From: Dehalococcoidia bacterium
GTDB lineage: Bacteria > Chloroflexota > Dehalococcoidia > UBA2979
DNA length: 64,000 nucleotides
Direction of reading: 5' to 3'
Assembly: GCA_041674885.1 (NCBI GenBank)
Contig: JBAYUZ010000001.1
Location: 37,804 to 101,803 of the forward strand
The notes beneath the pieces were generated by a model. That model made no database searches. It was given only the letters and a program-made list of their open reading frames with translations, and was not told the origin of the DNA. The position numbers and the translations under genes were made by a program. Shown here in pieces: positions 20,074 through 29,801 of the stretch (within the stretch, counting starts at the first letter, position 1; each line of letters begins with the position of its first letter).

Positions 20074-20834
20074 CAGCGAACGGCACGACGCAGCCCGGCG
20101 TCCCCGCGCTCGACATCGAGGCGTTGCGCTACATCTACCCGGACGGCACGCACGGGTTGGACGACGTCTCGTTCCGCATCCAGCAGGGCGAGCGCGTCGC
20201 GCTCATCGGCCCGAACGGCGCCGGCAAGTCGACGCTGCTGCTCAACCTCAACGGCATCCTGCGCGCGCAGTCCGGCCGCGTCCGCGTCCTCGGCGAGGAG
20301 CTGACCGAGGCGTCCGCACGTTCCATCCGAGGCAAGCTCGGCCTGTTGTTCTCGAACCCCGATGACCAGCTGTTCTCGCCTACCGTCCTGGACGACGTCG
20401 CATATGGCCCGCTGCACATGGGCCTCGACCGCGACGAGGTGCTGCGCCGCTCGCGAGAGGCGCTGGCCGCCGTCGGCATGGCGGGCTTCGAGGATCGTGT
20501 GCCGCACCGCATGAGCCTGGGCCAGAAGAAGCGCGTCGCGATGGCGACCGTGCTCTCGATGGGCGCCCCGATCCTGCTGCTCGATGAGCCGACGGCCAGC
20601 CTCGACCCGGTCTCGCGGCGCGGACTGATCGAGCTGCTCGCGAGCCTCCCGCTCACGCTCATCGTCGCCACCCACGACCTCGCGATGGTCGACGACCTGC
20701 TGCCGCGCACGCTCATCCTCGATGGTGGTCGCGTGATCACCGACGGCCCCAGCCGTGACATCCTGAACGACGGCGAGTTGTTGCTCGCGCACCAGCTGGA
20801 GCCGCTGTCGATGCACGGACACCCGCATGCCTGA
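20070..20834 (+). CDS. ECF transporter ATPase, CbiO/NikO family
   Basis: ABC ATPase (GPNGAGKSTLL, LSLGQKKR). GTGA overlap with the cbiQ-like gene. Confidence 0.85.
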   Translation: MTANGTTQPGVPALDIEALRYIYPDGTHGLDDVSFRIQQGERVALIGPNGAGKSTLLLNLNGILRAQSGRVRVLGEELTEASARSIRGKLGLLFSNPDDQLFSPTVLDDVAYGPLHMGLDRDEVLRRSREALAAVGMAGFEDRVPHRMSLGQKKRVAMATVLSMGAPILLLDEPTASLDPVSRRGLIELLASLPLTLIVATHDLAMVDDLLPRTLILDGGRVITDGPSRDILNDGELLLAHQLEPLSMHGHPHA

Positions 20835-21192
20835 CCAGAACGTCCGCCGCGTCTACTCGACCGACGGCGGGCGCGTCCCCGAACCGCCCCGACCGCGCCC
20901 CGCGCCCGCGAGGCGCGCGCCCAGCGGCCCGACTCGGCCCGTCGACCCCACCGATGGCGTGGTCCGCATCCGCCGCGAGAAGGGCGGCCGAGGCGGCAAG
21001 ACCGTCACGACCGTCACCGGCCTCCCCGGCACCGATGCCGAGGTGGAGGCGATGCTGAAGGCGCTGAAGCAGTTGTGCGGCGCGGGTGGCACCCTCGACG
21101 GGCGCACCGTCGAGGTGCAGGGCGACCACCGCGATCGCGTGCGCATCTATCTCGAAGGCCGCGGGCTGAACGTGAAGCTCGCAGGCGGCTAG
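20827..21192 (+). CDS. Translation initiation factor SUI1/YciH family
   Basis: C-terminal SUI1 domain (VEVQGDHRDRVRIYLEGRGL). Confidence 0.8.
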   Translation: MPDQNVRRVYSTDGGRVPEPPRPRPAPARRAPSGPTRPVDPTDGVVRIRREKGGRGGKTVTTVTGLPGTDAEVEAMLKALKQLCGAGGTLDGRTVEVQGDHRDRVRIYLEGRGLNVKLAGG

Positions 21193-21201
21193 GAGCCGAA
21201 C

Positions 21202-21711
21202 ATGCCCCCCACCTTCCTCACCAACGAGCAGTACGGGCTGGCGGAGGCGATCGCCGCCGCCCTCATCCGCCACGACGAGACGATCGCCGTGAGCGACGGC
21301 ACTACCGGCGGACTCATCTCCGCCGCGCTGCTCGCTGTCCCCGGCGCGTCGTCCTACTACCGAGGCGGCGGCGTGCTCTACACGCTCCGCTCGCGCATCG
21401 CCCTCGCCGGCATGCCCGCCGAGGCGTACGCCGACTACCGCGGCACAACGCCGGAGATGCTCGCCGATCTCGCGGAGGCGCTCCGTGTGCGCCTCGATGC
21501 CACGTGGGCGATCGCCGAGTCCGGCCTCGCCGGCCCCACCGGCGGCCGTTCCGGCGCCGCGCCCGGACGCACCACCGTCGCGATCGCCGGCCCCCGCCCC
21601 ACCGTCGAGGTGCACGAGACCGGGAGCAACGCCCGCACCGCCAACATGAGCGCGTTCACGACGATCGCGCTGCGCCTGCTCCGCGACACGATCCAGGCGA
21701 GCGCGCGCTAG
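21202..21711 (+). CDS. CinA C-terminal domain / PncC-type nicotinamide-nucleotide amidohydrolase
   Basis: CinA_C family similarity (SDGTTGGLISAALLAVPGASSYYRGGGVLY). AGGAG RBS. Confidence 0.75.
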   Translation: MPPTFLTNEQYGLAEAIAAALIRHDETIAVSDGTTGGLISAALLAVPGASSYYRGGGVLYTLRSRIALAGMPAEAYADYRGTTPEMLADLAEALRVRLDATWAIAESGLAGPTGGRSGAAPGRTTVAIAGPRPTVEVHETGSNARTANMSAFTTIALRLLRDTIQASAR

Positions 21712-22145
21712 TCGCCGGGGCGGATGTACATCGTCGCGCGACCGACCGCGACGAGCGCCCCCGACGTGTCCTTCACGTCCACCTGGAAGAACGCGATCGT
21801 GCGCCCCGCGCGCAGCACCCGCGCCTCGGCCGTCACGTCAGAGGTCGCCGCGTTGAGATAGGTGACGTTCAGGTCGGACGTCGAGGTGATCCGCCACGGC
21901 GGATCCTGCGGGCGGTGCAGCGTGCGCAGCGCCATGCTCGCCGCGGCATCGATCAACGAGGCGATCGCGCCACCGTGCATGACGTGGTTGATGCGGAACG
22001 TGTCCAGCGGATCCGACCACGGCATCCGCAGCAGCGCCCGCCCCTCGTCCGCCTCGACGATCTCGATGCCCAGCAGGCGCAGGTACGGGCCGCTGCCCGA
22101 CTCGGTGATCTCGTCATCCCACGGTCGCGTCACAGCCAGCCCCAA
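21708..22145 (-). CDS. Hotdog-fold PaaI-family thioesterase (possibly a DHNA-CoA thioesterase, given the menB neighbour)
   Basis: PaaI/YbgC-like hotdog sequence (HGGAIASLIDAAASMA). Confidence 0.7.
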   Translation of the reverse strand: MGLAVTRPWDDEITESGSGPYLRLLGIEIVEADEGRALLRMPWSDPLDTFRINHVMHGGAIASLIDAAASMALRTLHRPQDPPWRITSTSDLNVTYLNAATSDVTAEARVLRAGRTIAFFQVDVKDTSGALVAVGRATMYIRPGD

Positions 22146-22265
22146 TCCTCACCCACTCGCGCTCCGCGGAAGGTACCCAGAATCGTGAAGGCGAGGCCAT
22201 ACGACCCCTTATGCCACGCGTTATGATGCCGCCGATCCCGCCCCTGCACCTCGGAGGCTTCCACC

Positions 22266-24716
22266 ATGACCCGACCCTGCGACGACCTCCTCGTCCTCGA
22301 CCTCAGCAGCGGACGCGCGCCCGGCATCGCCACGATGGTGCTCGCCGACTTCGGCGCCGACGTCGTGAAGATCGAGCCGCCCGGCGGCGACCCCGAGCGC
22401 AGCGACCCCTCCTCGCCCATGTGGCTCCGAGGCAAGCGCAGCGTCGTCCTCGACCTCACCACCGCCGAGGGCCGTGCAGCGCTCCACCGCCTCGTGCCCG
22501 GCGCCGATGTCGTGGTCGCCTCGTACGCCCCCGGCGTCGCCGAGGCGCACGGCGCGGACTACGCGACGCTCTCCGCGCTCAACCCGCGCCTCGTCTACGC
22601 GTCGGTCACCGGCTGGGGCCCGCGCGGCGCCTACGCCGCCTACCCCGCCGACGAGTCGCTGGTCGCCGCGAAGTCCGGCCGCATGCGCGCGTTCGGCATG
22701 GTCGCCCGCAACGACGCCCCCGGCTTCACCGCCGTGCAGGTCGGCGTCCACGGCGCTGCGCAGTCGACGATCGCCGGCATCCTCGCAGCCCTCGAGGTGC
22801 GCGACCGCTCCGGCGTCGGCCAGCTCGTGGAGTCCAGCCTGCTGCAGGGCATGTTCCCGTTCGACTTCAACGGCCTGCCGCGCGAGCAGATGATCAAGAA
22901 GTTCCCCGACCGCGTGCAGAGCGACCTCTTCGCGCAGCTCACGAACCCGGACGGCATGTCCACGCTCGGCTACCAGCCCGTGCGCACGAAGGACGGCCAG
23001 TGGCTCCAGTTCGCGAACCTGCTGGAGCACCTGTTCCAGTCCTCGGTCGTCGCACTCGACCTCACCGGCGAGATCCTCGCGAACCCGGCCTACGAGGGCG
23101 CTCCGAACCGCCTCACCCCGGAGGCGCGCGAGGAGGTGCGGAACATGATGCTGCTCCGCGCCCGCGAGAAGACCGCCGCCGAGTGGATGGACCTGTTCAA
23201 GGAGAACGGCAACGTCGCCGCCGACTACGTGATGACCGCGCAGGACGCGCTGCATCACCCCGACATGCTCGCGAACGGCGACATCGCCGAGGTCACCGAC
23301 CCCAGCCTCGGCGTCGTACGCCAGCTCGGCCTGCTCGCGAAGCTGCGCGACACCCCCGGCGCGATCGAGCGTCCCGCCCCCGCCGTCGGCCAGCACACCG
23401 CCGAGGTGCTCGGCGCACCTGCGCGCGACCCCGGCGCTGTCGTCGCCCCCAACGGCGACGCGCGTGCCCCGCTCGCCGGCGTCACCGTCCTTGAGTTCGC
23501 GACGATCATCGCCGCGCCCTTCTCGTGCGCGCTGCTCGCCGACCTCGGCGCTCGCGTCATCAAGATCGAGCCGACCAACGGCGGCGACCCGATGCGCGGC
23601 ATGGGTGGCGCTGGCTTCAACTCCTACTTCGGCATCGCGAAGACGACCGCCGGCAAGGAGAGCATCTGCATCGACCTGAAGGATCCGGCCGGCCAGGAGA
23701 TCGTCCGCCGCCTGGTCGCGGACGCCGATGTCATCGTCCACAACTACCGGCAGGGTGTCCCGGAGCGCCTCGGCATCGGCTACGAGCAGGCGCGCCAGAT
23801 CCGCCCGGACATCATCTGGGTCAGCGTCAGCGGCTACGGCCCCGACGGCGACAGCGCGACGCGGCCCTGCGCCCACCCGATCCCCGGCGCCGTGAACGGC
23901 GGCGCGCTCATGCAGTGCGGCCACGGCTGGGAGCCCGAGAACATCGACACGCTCGAGGGGCTGCGCGAGGCATCGCGCCGCTTCTTCCGCGCGAACGAGG
24001 GCAACCCCGACCCGTGCACCTCGGTCGTCGCCACCTCCGCGACCATGCTCGCTCTCCGCGCGCGCACCCGGACGGGTCGAGGCCAGCAGGTGTTCGTCTC
24101 CATGCTGCAGGCGAACGGCTACGCGAACGCGGACGACTTCCTCTCCTACCCCGGCAAGACGCCGCGCCCGGAGATCGACGCCGAGGTCTTGGGCACCGGC
24201 CCGCTCCGCCGCCTCTACCGCGCCTCGGACGGCTGGGTCTGCCTGAGCCTGCCCACGCAGGCGCAGTGGCTCGCGTTCTGCGCCGCCTCGGGCGCAGCGC
24301 TGAGCGGAGACGCACGCTTCGCCACCGCCGAGGCGCGCGAGCAGCACCACGACGCCCTCGCCGAGGCGCTTGGCACGCACCTCGCCACCCGCACCGCCGA
24401 CGACTGGGAGCGCCTGCTCGCGCCGCAGGGCGTCGGCTGCGTGCGCGCGGACGGCGTGACCGGCGCGGGCGACTTCTTCCTCAACGACCCGCAGATCGAG
24501 GCGAACGGCTGGGCGAAGCTCGCCACGCACCCCGTGATGGGCGAGTACCGGCGCTGGGGCCCCGTGGTGACCTTCGAGGCCACCCCCGGCCGCTACGGCC
24601 CCGGCGTCCTCGCCGGCCAGCACACCGACCAGCTCCTGGCCGAGGTCGGCTACGAGCAGGCCGCGGTCGCCGACCTCTACGCGAAGGGCATCGTCTGGGC
24701 CGACCACCCGGAGTAG
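22266..24716 (+). CDS. Tandem-domain family III CoA-transferase (two fused CaiB/BaiF-like modules)
   Basis: An 816-aa protein. Both halves carry the CaiB/BaiF signature (DLSxxxAGP..., VVKIEPPGGDP / VIKIEPTNGGDP). Confidence 0.8.
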   Translation: MTRPCDDLLVLDLSSGRAPGIATMVLADFGADVVKIEPPGGDPERSDPSSPMWLRGKRSVVLDLTTAEGRAALHRLVPGADVVVASYAPGVAEAHGADYATLSALNPRLVYASVTGWGPRGAYAAYPADESLVAAKSGRMRAFGMVARNDAPGFTAVQVGVHGAAQSTIAGILAALEVRDRSGVGQLVESSLLQGMFPFDFNGLPREQMIKKFPDRVQSDLFAQLTNPDGMSTLGYQPVRTKDGQWLQFANLLEHLFQSSVVALDLTGEILANPAYEGAPNRLTPEAREEVRNMMLLRAREKTAAEWMDLFKENGNVAADYVMTAQDALHHPDMLANGDIAEVTDPSLGVVRQLGLLAKLRDTPGAIERPAPAVGQHTAEVLGAPARDPGAVVAPNGDARAPLAGVTVLEFATIIAAPFSCALLADLGARVIKIEPTNGGDPMRGMGGAGFNSYFGIAKTTAGKESICIDLKDPAGQEIVRRLVADADVIVHNYRQGVPERLGIGYEQARQIRPDIIWVSVSGYGPDGDSATRPCAHPIPGAVNGGALMQCGHGWEPENIDTLEGLREASRRFFRANEGNPDPCTSVVATSATMLALRARTRTGRGQQVFVSMLQANGYANADDFLSYPGKTPRPEIDAEVLGTGPLRRLYRASDGWVCLSLPTQAQWLAFCAASGAALSGDARFATAEAREQHHDALAEALGTHLATRTADDWERLLAPQGVGCVRADGVTGAGDFFLNDPQIEANGWAKLATHPVMGEYRRWGPVVTFEATPGRYGPGVLAGQHTDQLLAEVGYEQAAVADLYAKGIVWADHPE

Positions 24717-24743
24717 TGCCACGTCGCCACGTCCGGAAATTGC

Positions 24744-24770
24744 GAGGGGCCGCCGTCCAGGCGGCCTCTC
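24744..24770 (+). terminator. 10-bp GC-rich hairpin followed by tgtt, 28 nt after the tandem CoA-transferase stop
   Basis: gaggggccgc-cgtccag-gcggcctctc with one G-U pair. Confidence 0.35.
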
Positions 24771-24907
24771 TGTTCCCCTACGGCTGGCAGCGAGGCCGCG
24801 CGGGCGGTATCGTCGCAGGACGCATGACCCGCCTCATCCCGCGCGCCGCCTCGGTGGCCCGCCGAGCCGAGGGCCGCGCGCGACCGCACGACGATGGAGG
24901 TGGCTTC

Positions 24908-25801
24908 GTGGTTTCTGAGCTCTTCGACCCGACAGTGTGGGAGGTCGTTCCCGGCTTCACCTTCCGCGACATCACCTACCACCGCACCCACGACCGCAAG
25001 ACCGTGCGCGTCGCCTTCAACCGGCCTGAGGTGCGCAACGCCTTCAACGCCTCCACCGTCGACGAGCTCTACACGGCGCTCGAGGATGCGCGCACGACCA
25101 GCACGGTCGGTTGCGTGCTCATCACCGGCAACGGCCCCTCCCCGAAGGACGGCGGCTGGGCGTTCTGCTCCGGTGGCGACCAGCGCATGCGCGGCAAGGA
25201 CGGCTACAAGAGCGTCACCGACACCGGCGAGGCCGACCCGGCCAAGCTCGGCCGCCTGCACATCCTTGAAGTGCAGCGCCTCATCCGCTTCATGCCGAAG
25301 GTCGTCATCGCGGTCGTGCCCGGCTGGGCCGTCGGTGGCGGCCACTCCCTGCACGTCGTCTGCGACATGACGATCGCCAGCAAGGAGCACGCGATCTTCA
25401 AGCAGACCGATGCCAACGTCGCATCGTTCGACAGCGGCTACGGCTCCGCGCTGCTCGCCAGGCACGTCGGCCAGAAGCGCGCCCGCGAGATCTTCTTCCT
25501 CGCGATGGACTACAGCGCCGACGAGGCGTTCGCGATGGGTGCCGTCAACAAGGTTGTCCCTCACGCCGACCTCGAGAAGGTCGCGCTGGAGTGGGCGCAG
25601 GTCATCAACGCCAAGAGCCCGACCGCGATGCGCATGATCAAGTACGGGTTCAACCTCGTCGATGACGGCATGGTCGGCCAGCAGCTCTTCGCCGGCGAGG
25701 CCACCCGCCTCGGCTACGGCACCGACGAGGCCGTCGAGGGTCGCGACGCGTTCATCCAGAAGCGGAAGCCGGACTTCGCCAAGTTCCCCTGGCACTACTA
25801 G
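24908..25801 (+). CDS. menB: 1,4-dihydroxy-2-naphthoyl-CoA synthase MenB (crotonase fold)
   Basis: DITYHRTHDRKTVRVAFNRPEVRNAF and AFCSGGDQRMRGKDGY motifs. GTG start with GGAGG 8 nt upstream. Confidence 0.8.
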   Translation: MVSELFDPTVWEVVPGFTFRDITYHRTHDRKTVRVAFNRPEVRNAFNASTVDELYTALEDARTTSTVGCVLITGNGPSPKDGGWAFCSGGDQRMRGKDGYKSVTDTGEADPAKLGRLHILEVQRLIRFMPKVVIAVVPGWAVGGGHSLHVVCDMTIASKEHAIFKQTDANVASFDSGYGSALLARHVGQKRAREIFFLAMDYSADEAFAMGAVNKVVPHADLEKVALEWAQVINAKSPTAMRMIKYGFNLVDDGMVGQQLFAGEATRLGYGTDEAVEGRDAFIQKRKPDFAKFPWHY

Positions 25802-25837
25802 GCCCCATCGAATAGGCCTCGTCGAGGCCCCCGAACC

Positions 25838-25866
25838 GAGCCGCCTCGTCACGCGCGAGGCGGCTC
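25838..25866. terminator. Perfect 11-bp stem-loop (gagccgcctcg / cgaggcggctc) between convergent menB and the PAS gene
   Basis: Seen directly in the sequence. The PAS gene stop codon lies in the loop. Confidence 0.35.
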
Positions 25867-26391
25867 GCTGGTTCCCTCCAGCTCGCGCAGCCGAGCGCGC
25901 AGCGCACGCTCCTCCTGGAACCGCTCCGTGATGTCGCGCGCGTGGCACAGCGCGCCGATCACCTCGCCCGTATCGTTATGTATCATCGCGAAGCCCAACT
26001 CGACGTAGATCGGCTCGCCGTTCCGCTCTGACCGCGTCGGCAGCGAGCGGCCCACGTACTTCGTCTCCCCGGCGGCCATCGCGCGGTGGAAGCCCGTCCA
26101 GTGCGCCTCGCGGAACCGCTCCGGGATGATGATGTCCAGCGTCTGGCCCAGCGCCGCCTCCGCGCTGTGCCCGAAGACGCGCTCCGCGGCCGCGTTCCAG
26201 ACGCGGATGATGCCCTCGCGGTCGGCCAGGATCACCGCATCCGGCGCCTGCTCCACCAGCCACTCCGCCGACCACGTCTCAGCCACGCGCGCCTCCTCGT
26301 ACCACGCGTCGAGGATACGCCTCGCACCCCGCGCCGCACGCCACTCGCGAGCCGGGATGCCGCCGCCGTAATGCGAATGCAATCGAGACAC
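25849..26391 (-). CDS. PAS-domain sensor protein. The start codon is uncertain
   Basis: PAS fold (DAVILADREGIIRVWNAAAERVFGH). The track ORF has a long low-complexity N-terminal extension. The GTG/TTG candidates around 26391-26397 lack a clear RBS. Confidence 0.5.
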   Translation of the reverse strand: MSRLHSHYGGGIPAREWRAARGARRILDAWYEEARVAETWSAEWLVEQAPDAVILADREGIIRVWNAAAERVFGHSAEAALGQTLDIIIPERFREAHWTGFHRAMAAGETKYVGRSLPTRSERNGEPIYVELGFAMIHNDTGEVIGALCHARDITERFQEERALRARLRELEGTSEPPRA

Positions 26392-26613
26392 CGCCAACGT
26401 GGCCCTGCAGCGGAAGGAGCCACCGATGCCCGAGGAAGGCGTACCCCGACGACCGGCCCCCCAGCGCGAGGCGGAGCCCGCCGCACGACCGCGCCCGGAA
26501 GTGCCGCTGCCGCAGCGCCCCGGCCCCCGTGACCCCGGCGCCACCCCCGCGCGTCCAGGCTGGCCCGAGCCGCAGCAGGCGCCGGAGCCGGCGATCCCGA
26601 TCTAGCCCGCATC

Positions 26614-28239
26614 GTGCTCCAGGCGACATTCGATCAGCCGTCGCCGCTGTCGGCGCTTCCCGAGTGGCGCGCGCTCCGCGCGCACGCCGAAGCGATGCGC
26701 GGCGTCCGCATCCGCGACCTGCTCGACGCCGACCCCGAGCGCGCCACGCGCTACACACTCGACGCGGCGGGCCTCGGCCTCGACTACGCGCGCCACCGCG
26801 CGACCGACCAGACGCTGCGTCTGCTCCTCGCGCTCGCCCGGGCGCGCGGGCTGCGCACGCACATCGATGCGATGTTCCGCGGCGAGGTCGTGAACATCAG
26901 CGAGGATCGCCCGGCGCTCCACACCGCGCTCCGCGCCCCCCACTCCGCATCGGTGCTGGTCGACGGGCACGATGTCATCCCGGACGTGCATGCCGTGCTC
27001 GACCAGATGCGCGCGTTCGCCGGTCGCGTGCGCAGCGGCGAGTGGGCGGGCCACACCGGCCGCCCGATCCGCGCGATCGTCCACCTCGGCATCGGCGGCT
27101 CCGACCTCGGCCCGCGCATGGCGGTCGAGGCGCTCCGCAGCTACGCTGACCGCGCGCTCACCATCCGCTTCGTCGCCAACGCCGACCCCGCCGACCTCAC
27201 CGAGGCGCTGCGCGACCTCGATCCCGCAGAGACGCTGTGCATCGTCGCCTCCAAGTCGTTCACGACGCCGGAGACGATGGCGAACGCGCACGCCGCGCGC
27301 GCATGGCTCCTCGCCGCGCTCGGCGACCAGGCTGCCGTCGCGCGCCACTTCGTCGCCGTCTCGACCAACCTCGATGCCGTGGCACGCTTCGGAATCGACC
27401 CTACCAACGTGTTCACGTTCTGGGATTGGGTCGGCGGGCGCACCTCGCTCTGCTCGGCGATCGGCCTGCCGCTGATGCTCGCGATCGGCCCCGCCCACTT
27501 CGATGACCTGCTCGCCGGTGCGCACGCGATGGACGAGCACTTCCGCCGCGCCCCGTTCGACCGCAACATGCCGGCCCTCATGGGCCTCCTCGGCGTCTGG
27601 TACACCAGTCTCCTGGGGGCGGAGACGGTCTGCATCGTGCCGTACGAGCAATCGCTCGCCTCCTTCCCGGCCTACCTGCAGCAGCTCGCGATGGAGAGCA
27701 ACGGCAAGCGCACCGCCGCCGGTCGTCCCGTGCACGTCCCGACGGGCCCCATCGTCTGGGGCGCGGTCGGCACGAACGCGCAGCACTCGTTCTTCCAGCT
27801 GCTCCACCAGGGCACGCACATCGTCCCCGTCGACCTCATCGGCTTCGCCCGCGGCGAGTCGAACGAGGCGGATCGCGACGCGCATCGCGACCTGCTGCTC
27901 GCAAACCTCGTCGCGCAGGCCGAGGCGCTCGCCCGCGGCGACGACGCAGCCGAGGGTGACCGCCACGTCGCGGGCAACCAGCCGGTCTCCGTGCTGCTCG
28001 CGGATCGCCTCACCCCGCGCACCCTCGGCGCACTCGTCGCGCTGTACGAGCACGTCGTGTTCACGCAGGCGACGATCTGGGGCATCGACCCCTTCGACCA
28101 GTGGGGCGTCGAGCTCGGGAAGCGCATCGCCGCCGACGTGCTCCCTGCCCTCGCGGATGGTGCCGCGCCGCACCTCGACGCCAGCGCACGCGCGCTCATC
28201 GACCGCATCCGCGCGCTCCGCGGTCTACCACCGCACTGA
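26614..28239 (+). CDS. pgi: Glucose-6-phosphate isomerase
   Basis: Full-length PGI with conserved active-site regions. GTG start. Confidence 0.9.
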   Translation: MLQATFDQPSPLSALPEWRALRAHAEAMRGVRIRDLLDADPERATRYTLDAAGLGLDYARHRATDQTLRLLLALARARGLRTHIDAMFRGEVVNISEDRPALHTALRAPHSASVLVDGHDVIPDVHAVLDQMRAFAGRVRSGEWAGHTGRPIRAIVHLGIGGSDLGPRMAVEALRSYADRALTIRFVANADPADLTEALRDLDPAETLCIVASKSFTTPETMANAHAARAWLLAALGDQAAVARHFVAVSTNLDAVARFGIDPTNVFTFWDWVGGRTSLCSAIGLPLMLAIGPAHFDDLLAGAHAMDEHFRRAPFDRNMPALMGLLGVWYTSLLGAETVCIVPYEQSLASFPAYLQQLAMESNGKRTAAGRPVHVPTGPIVWGAVGTNAQHSFFQLLHQGTHIVPVDLIGFARGESNEADRDAHRDLLLANLVAQAEALARGDDAAEGDRHVAGNQPVSVLLADRLTPRTLGALVALYEHVVFTQATIWGIDPFDQWGVELGKRIAADVLPALADGAAPHLDASARALIDRIRALRGLPPH

Positions 28240-28320
28240 CCCGACCGCGGCGATCCGCTCGCGATGCTCCGCGCGCACACCGAGAGGCTCCCGCAACGCG
28301 CCCCGGCCTACGGTGATCGC

Positions 28321-29754
28321 ATGGCGAACCCCACCGCCCCCATCACCTACAGCGACGCCGAGGCCGAGAACGGGCACCCACCGCCTGACCAGGATCTCGT
28401 GCTCGTCGGCGCCACGGGCGATCTCGCGCGCCGCAAGCTGCTCCCCGCGCTGTACGAGATGTCGCGCAGCGGCATGCTGCCCCGGCACGGCCAGATCATC
28501 GGTTACGCCCGCACCGAACCGGAGCGCGGCGACTTCCGCGCGCTTGCGCTCGCCGCCGTCGCCGATGGCACCCGCGAGGCCCTCGATCCTGCGCAGGTGA
28601 TGCGCTTCGTCGACCGCCTCCAGTTCGTGCACGCCGAGGCCGGTGCGCTCGCGGAGGTGCAGCGCCGCTGCACGCAGGATCAGCGCCTCATCTACCTCGC
28701 CACGCCTCCCGGCGCGTACGCCTCGATCGCACGCGAACTGCAGGAGGCCGGGCTCGCCGACGACGCTCGCATCGTGATCGAGAAGCCGTTCGGCAGCGAC
28801 CTCGACAGCGCGCGTGCGCTCGACCGCGAGCTGAGCGCGATCGTCGACGAGTCGCGCCTGTTTCGCATCGATCACTACCTGGGCAAGGAGACCGTGCGGA
28901 ACATTCTCGTCTTCCGCTTCGGCAACTCGCTCTTCGAGCGCTCCTGGAACCGCGACGCGATCGACCACGTCCAGCTCACTGTCGCGGAGGCTGACGGCGT
29001 CGAGCGCCGCGGCGCGTTCTACGAGGAGGTGGGGGCGCTCCGCGACGTGATGCAGAACCACCTGCTCCAACTCCTCGCGCTGCTCGCGATGGAGCCGCCC
29101 GGCTCCTTCTCCGCGGACGCCGTGCGCGCGGAGCAGGCGAAGCTGCTGCAGGCCGTCCAGCCGATGTCCCCCGCGCGCTTCGTCCGAGGCCAGTACACGA
29201 CCGGCGGCCATCACTCCGGCTACCGCGACGAGCCCGGCGTCGACCCCAACTCCGAGGCCGAGACCTATGCTGCGGCCGAGGTGCGCATCGACAACTGGCG
29301 GTGGAGCGGCGTGCCGTTCTACCTGCGCACCGGCAAGCGCCTCGCGCGCCGCGTCACGGAGCTGCAGGTCGTGTTCCGCTCCGTGCCCACCTCGTTCTTC
29401 ACCGGCGCGGGGATCGCGGAGTTGCCGGACAACCACCTCACGATCCGCATCCAGCCGGAGCAGGGCATCTCATTCAACTTCGCCGCGAAGGTGCCCGGCC
29501 CGCGCGTCCTCGTGCACCCCGCACGCATGCAGTACCGCTACGGTGCCGAGGACGATGCATACGAGCGCCTGCTGTACGACGCGATGCGCGGCGACCAGAC
29601 GCTGTTCGTGCGAGAAGACGCGCTGGAGGCGGCCTGGCGCATCGTCCAGCCGGTTCTCGATGCCCCCCCGCCGCTCAACTTCTACCCGGCCGCCTCGTGG
29701 GGCCCGTCGGCGGCCGACGCACTCATCCACCCGCGCGCCTGGCACCTCCACTGA
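28321..29754 (+). CDS. zwf: Glucose-6-phosphate 1-dehydrogenase
   Basis: NADP-binding GATGDLA motif and the RIDHYLGKE active-site motif. Start at MANPTAPITY. Confidence 0.85.
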   Translation: MANPTAPITYSDAEAENGHPPPDQDLVLVGATGDLARRKLLPALYEMSRSGMLPRHGQIIGYARTEPERGDFRALALAAVADGTREALDPAQVMRFVDRLQFVHAEAGALAEVQRRCTQDQRLIYLATPPGAYASIARELQEAGLADDARIVIEKPFGSDLDSARALDRELSAIVDESRLFRIDHYLGKETVRNILVFRFGNSLFERSWNRDAIDHVQLTVAEADGVERRGAFYEEVGALRDVMQNHLLQLLALLAMEPPGSFSADAVRAEQAKLLQAVQPMSPARFVRGQYTTGGHHSGYRDEPGVDPNSEAETYAAAEVRIDNWRWSGVPFYLRTGKRLARRVTELQVVFRSVPTSFFTGAGIAELPDNHLTIRIQPEQGISFNFAAKVPGPRVLVHPARMQYRYGAEDDAYERLLYDAMRGDQTLFVREDALEAAWRIVQPVLDAPPPLNFYPAASWGPSAADALIHPRAWHLH

Positions 29755-29801
29755 GGGGCGGCGCTCGACCGGGGCAGGCGCCGCGCCGCCGCCTCGGCCC
29801 G

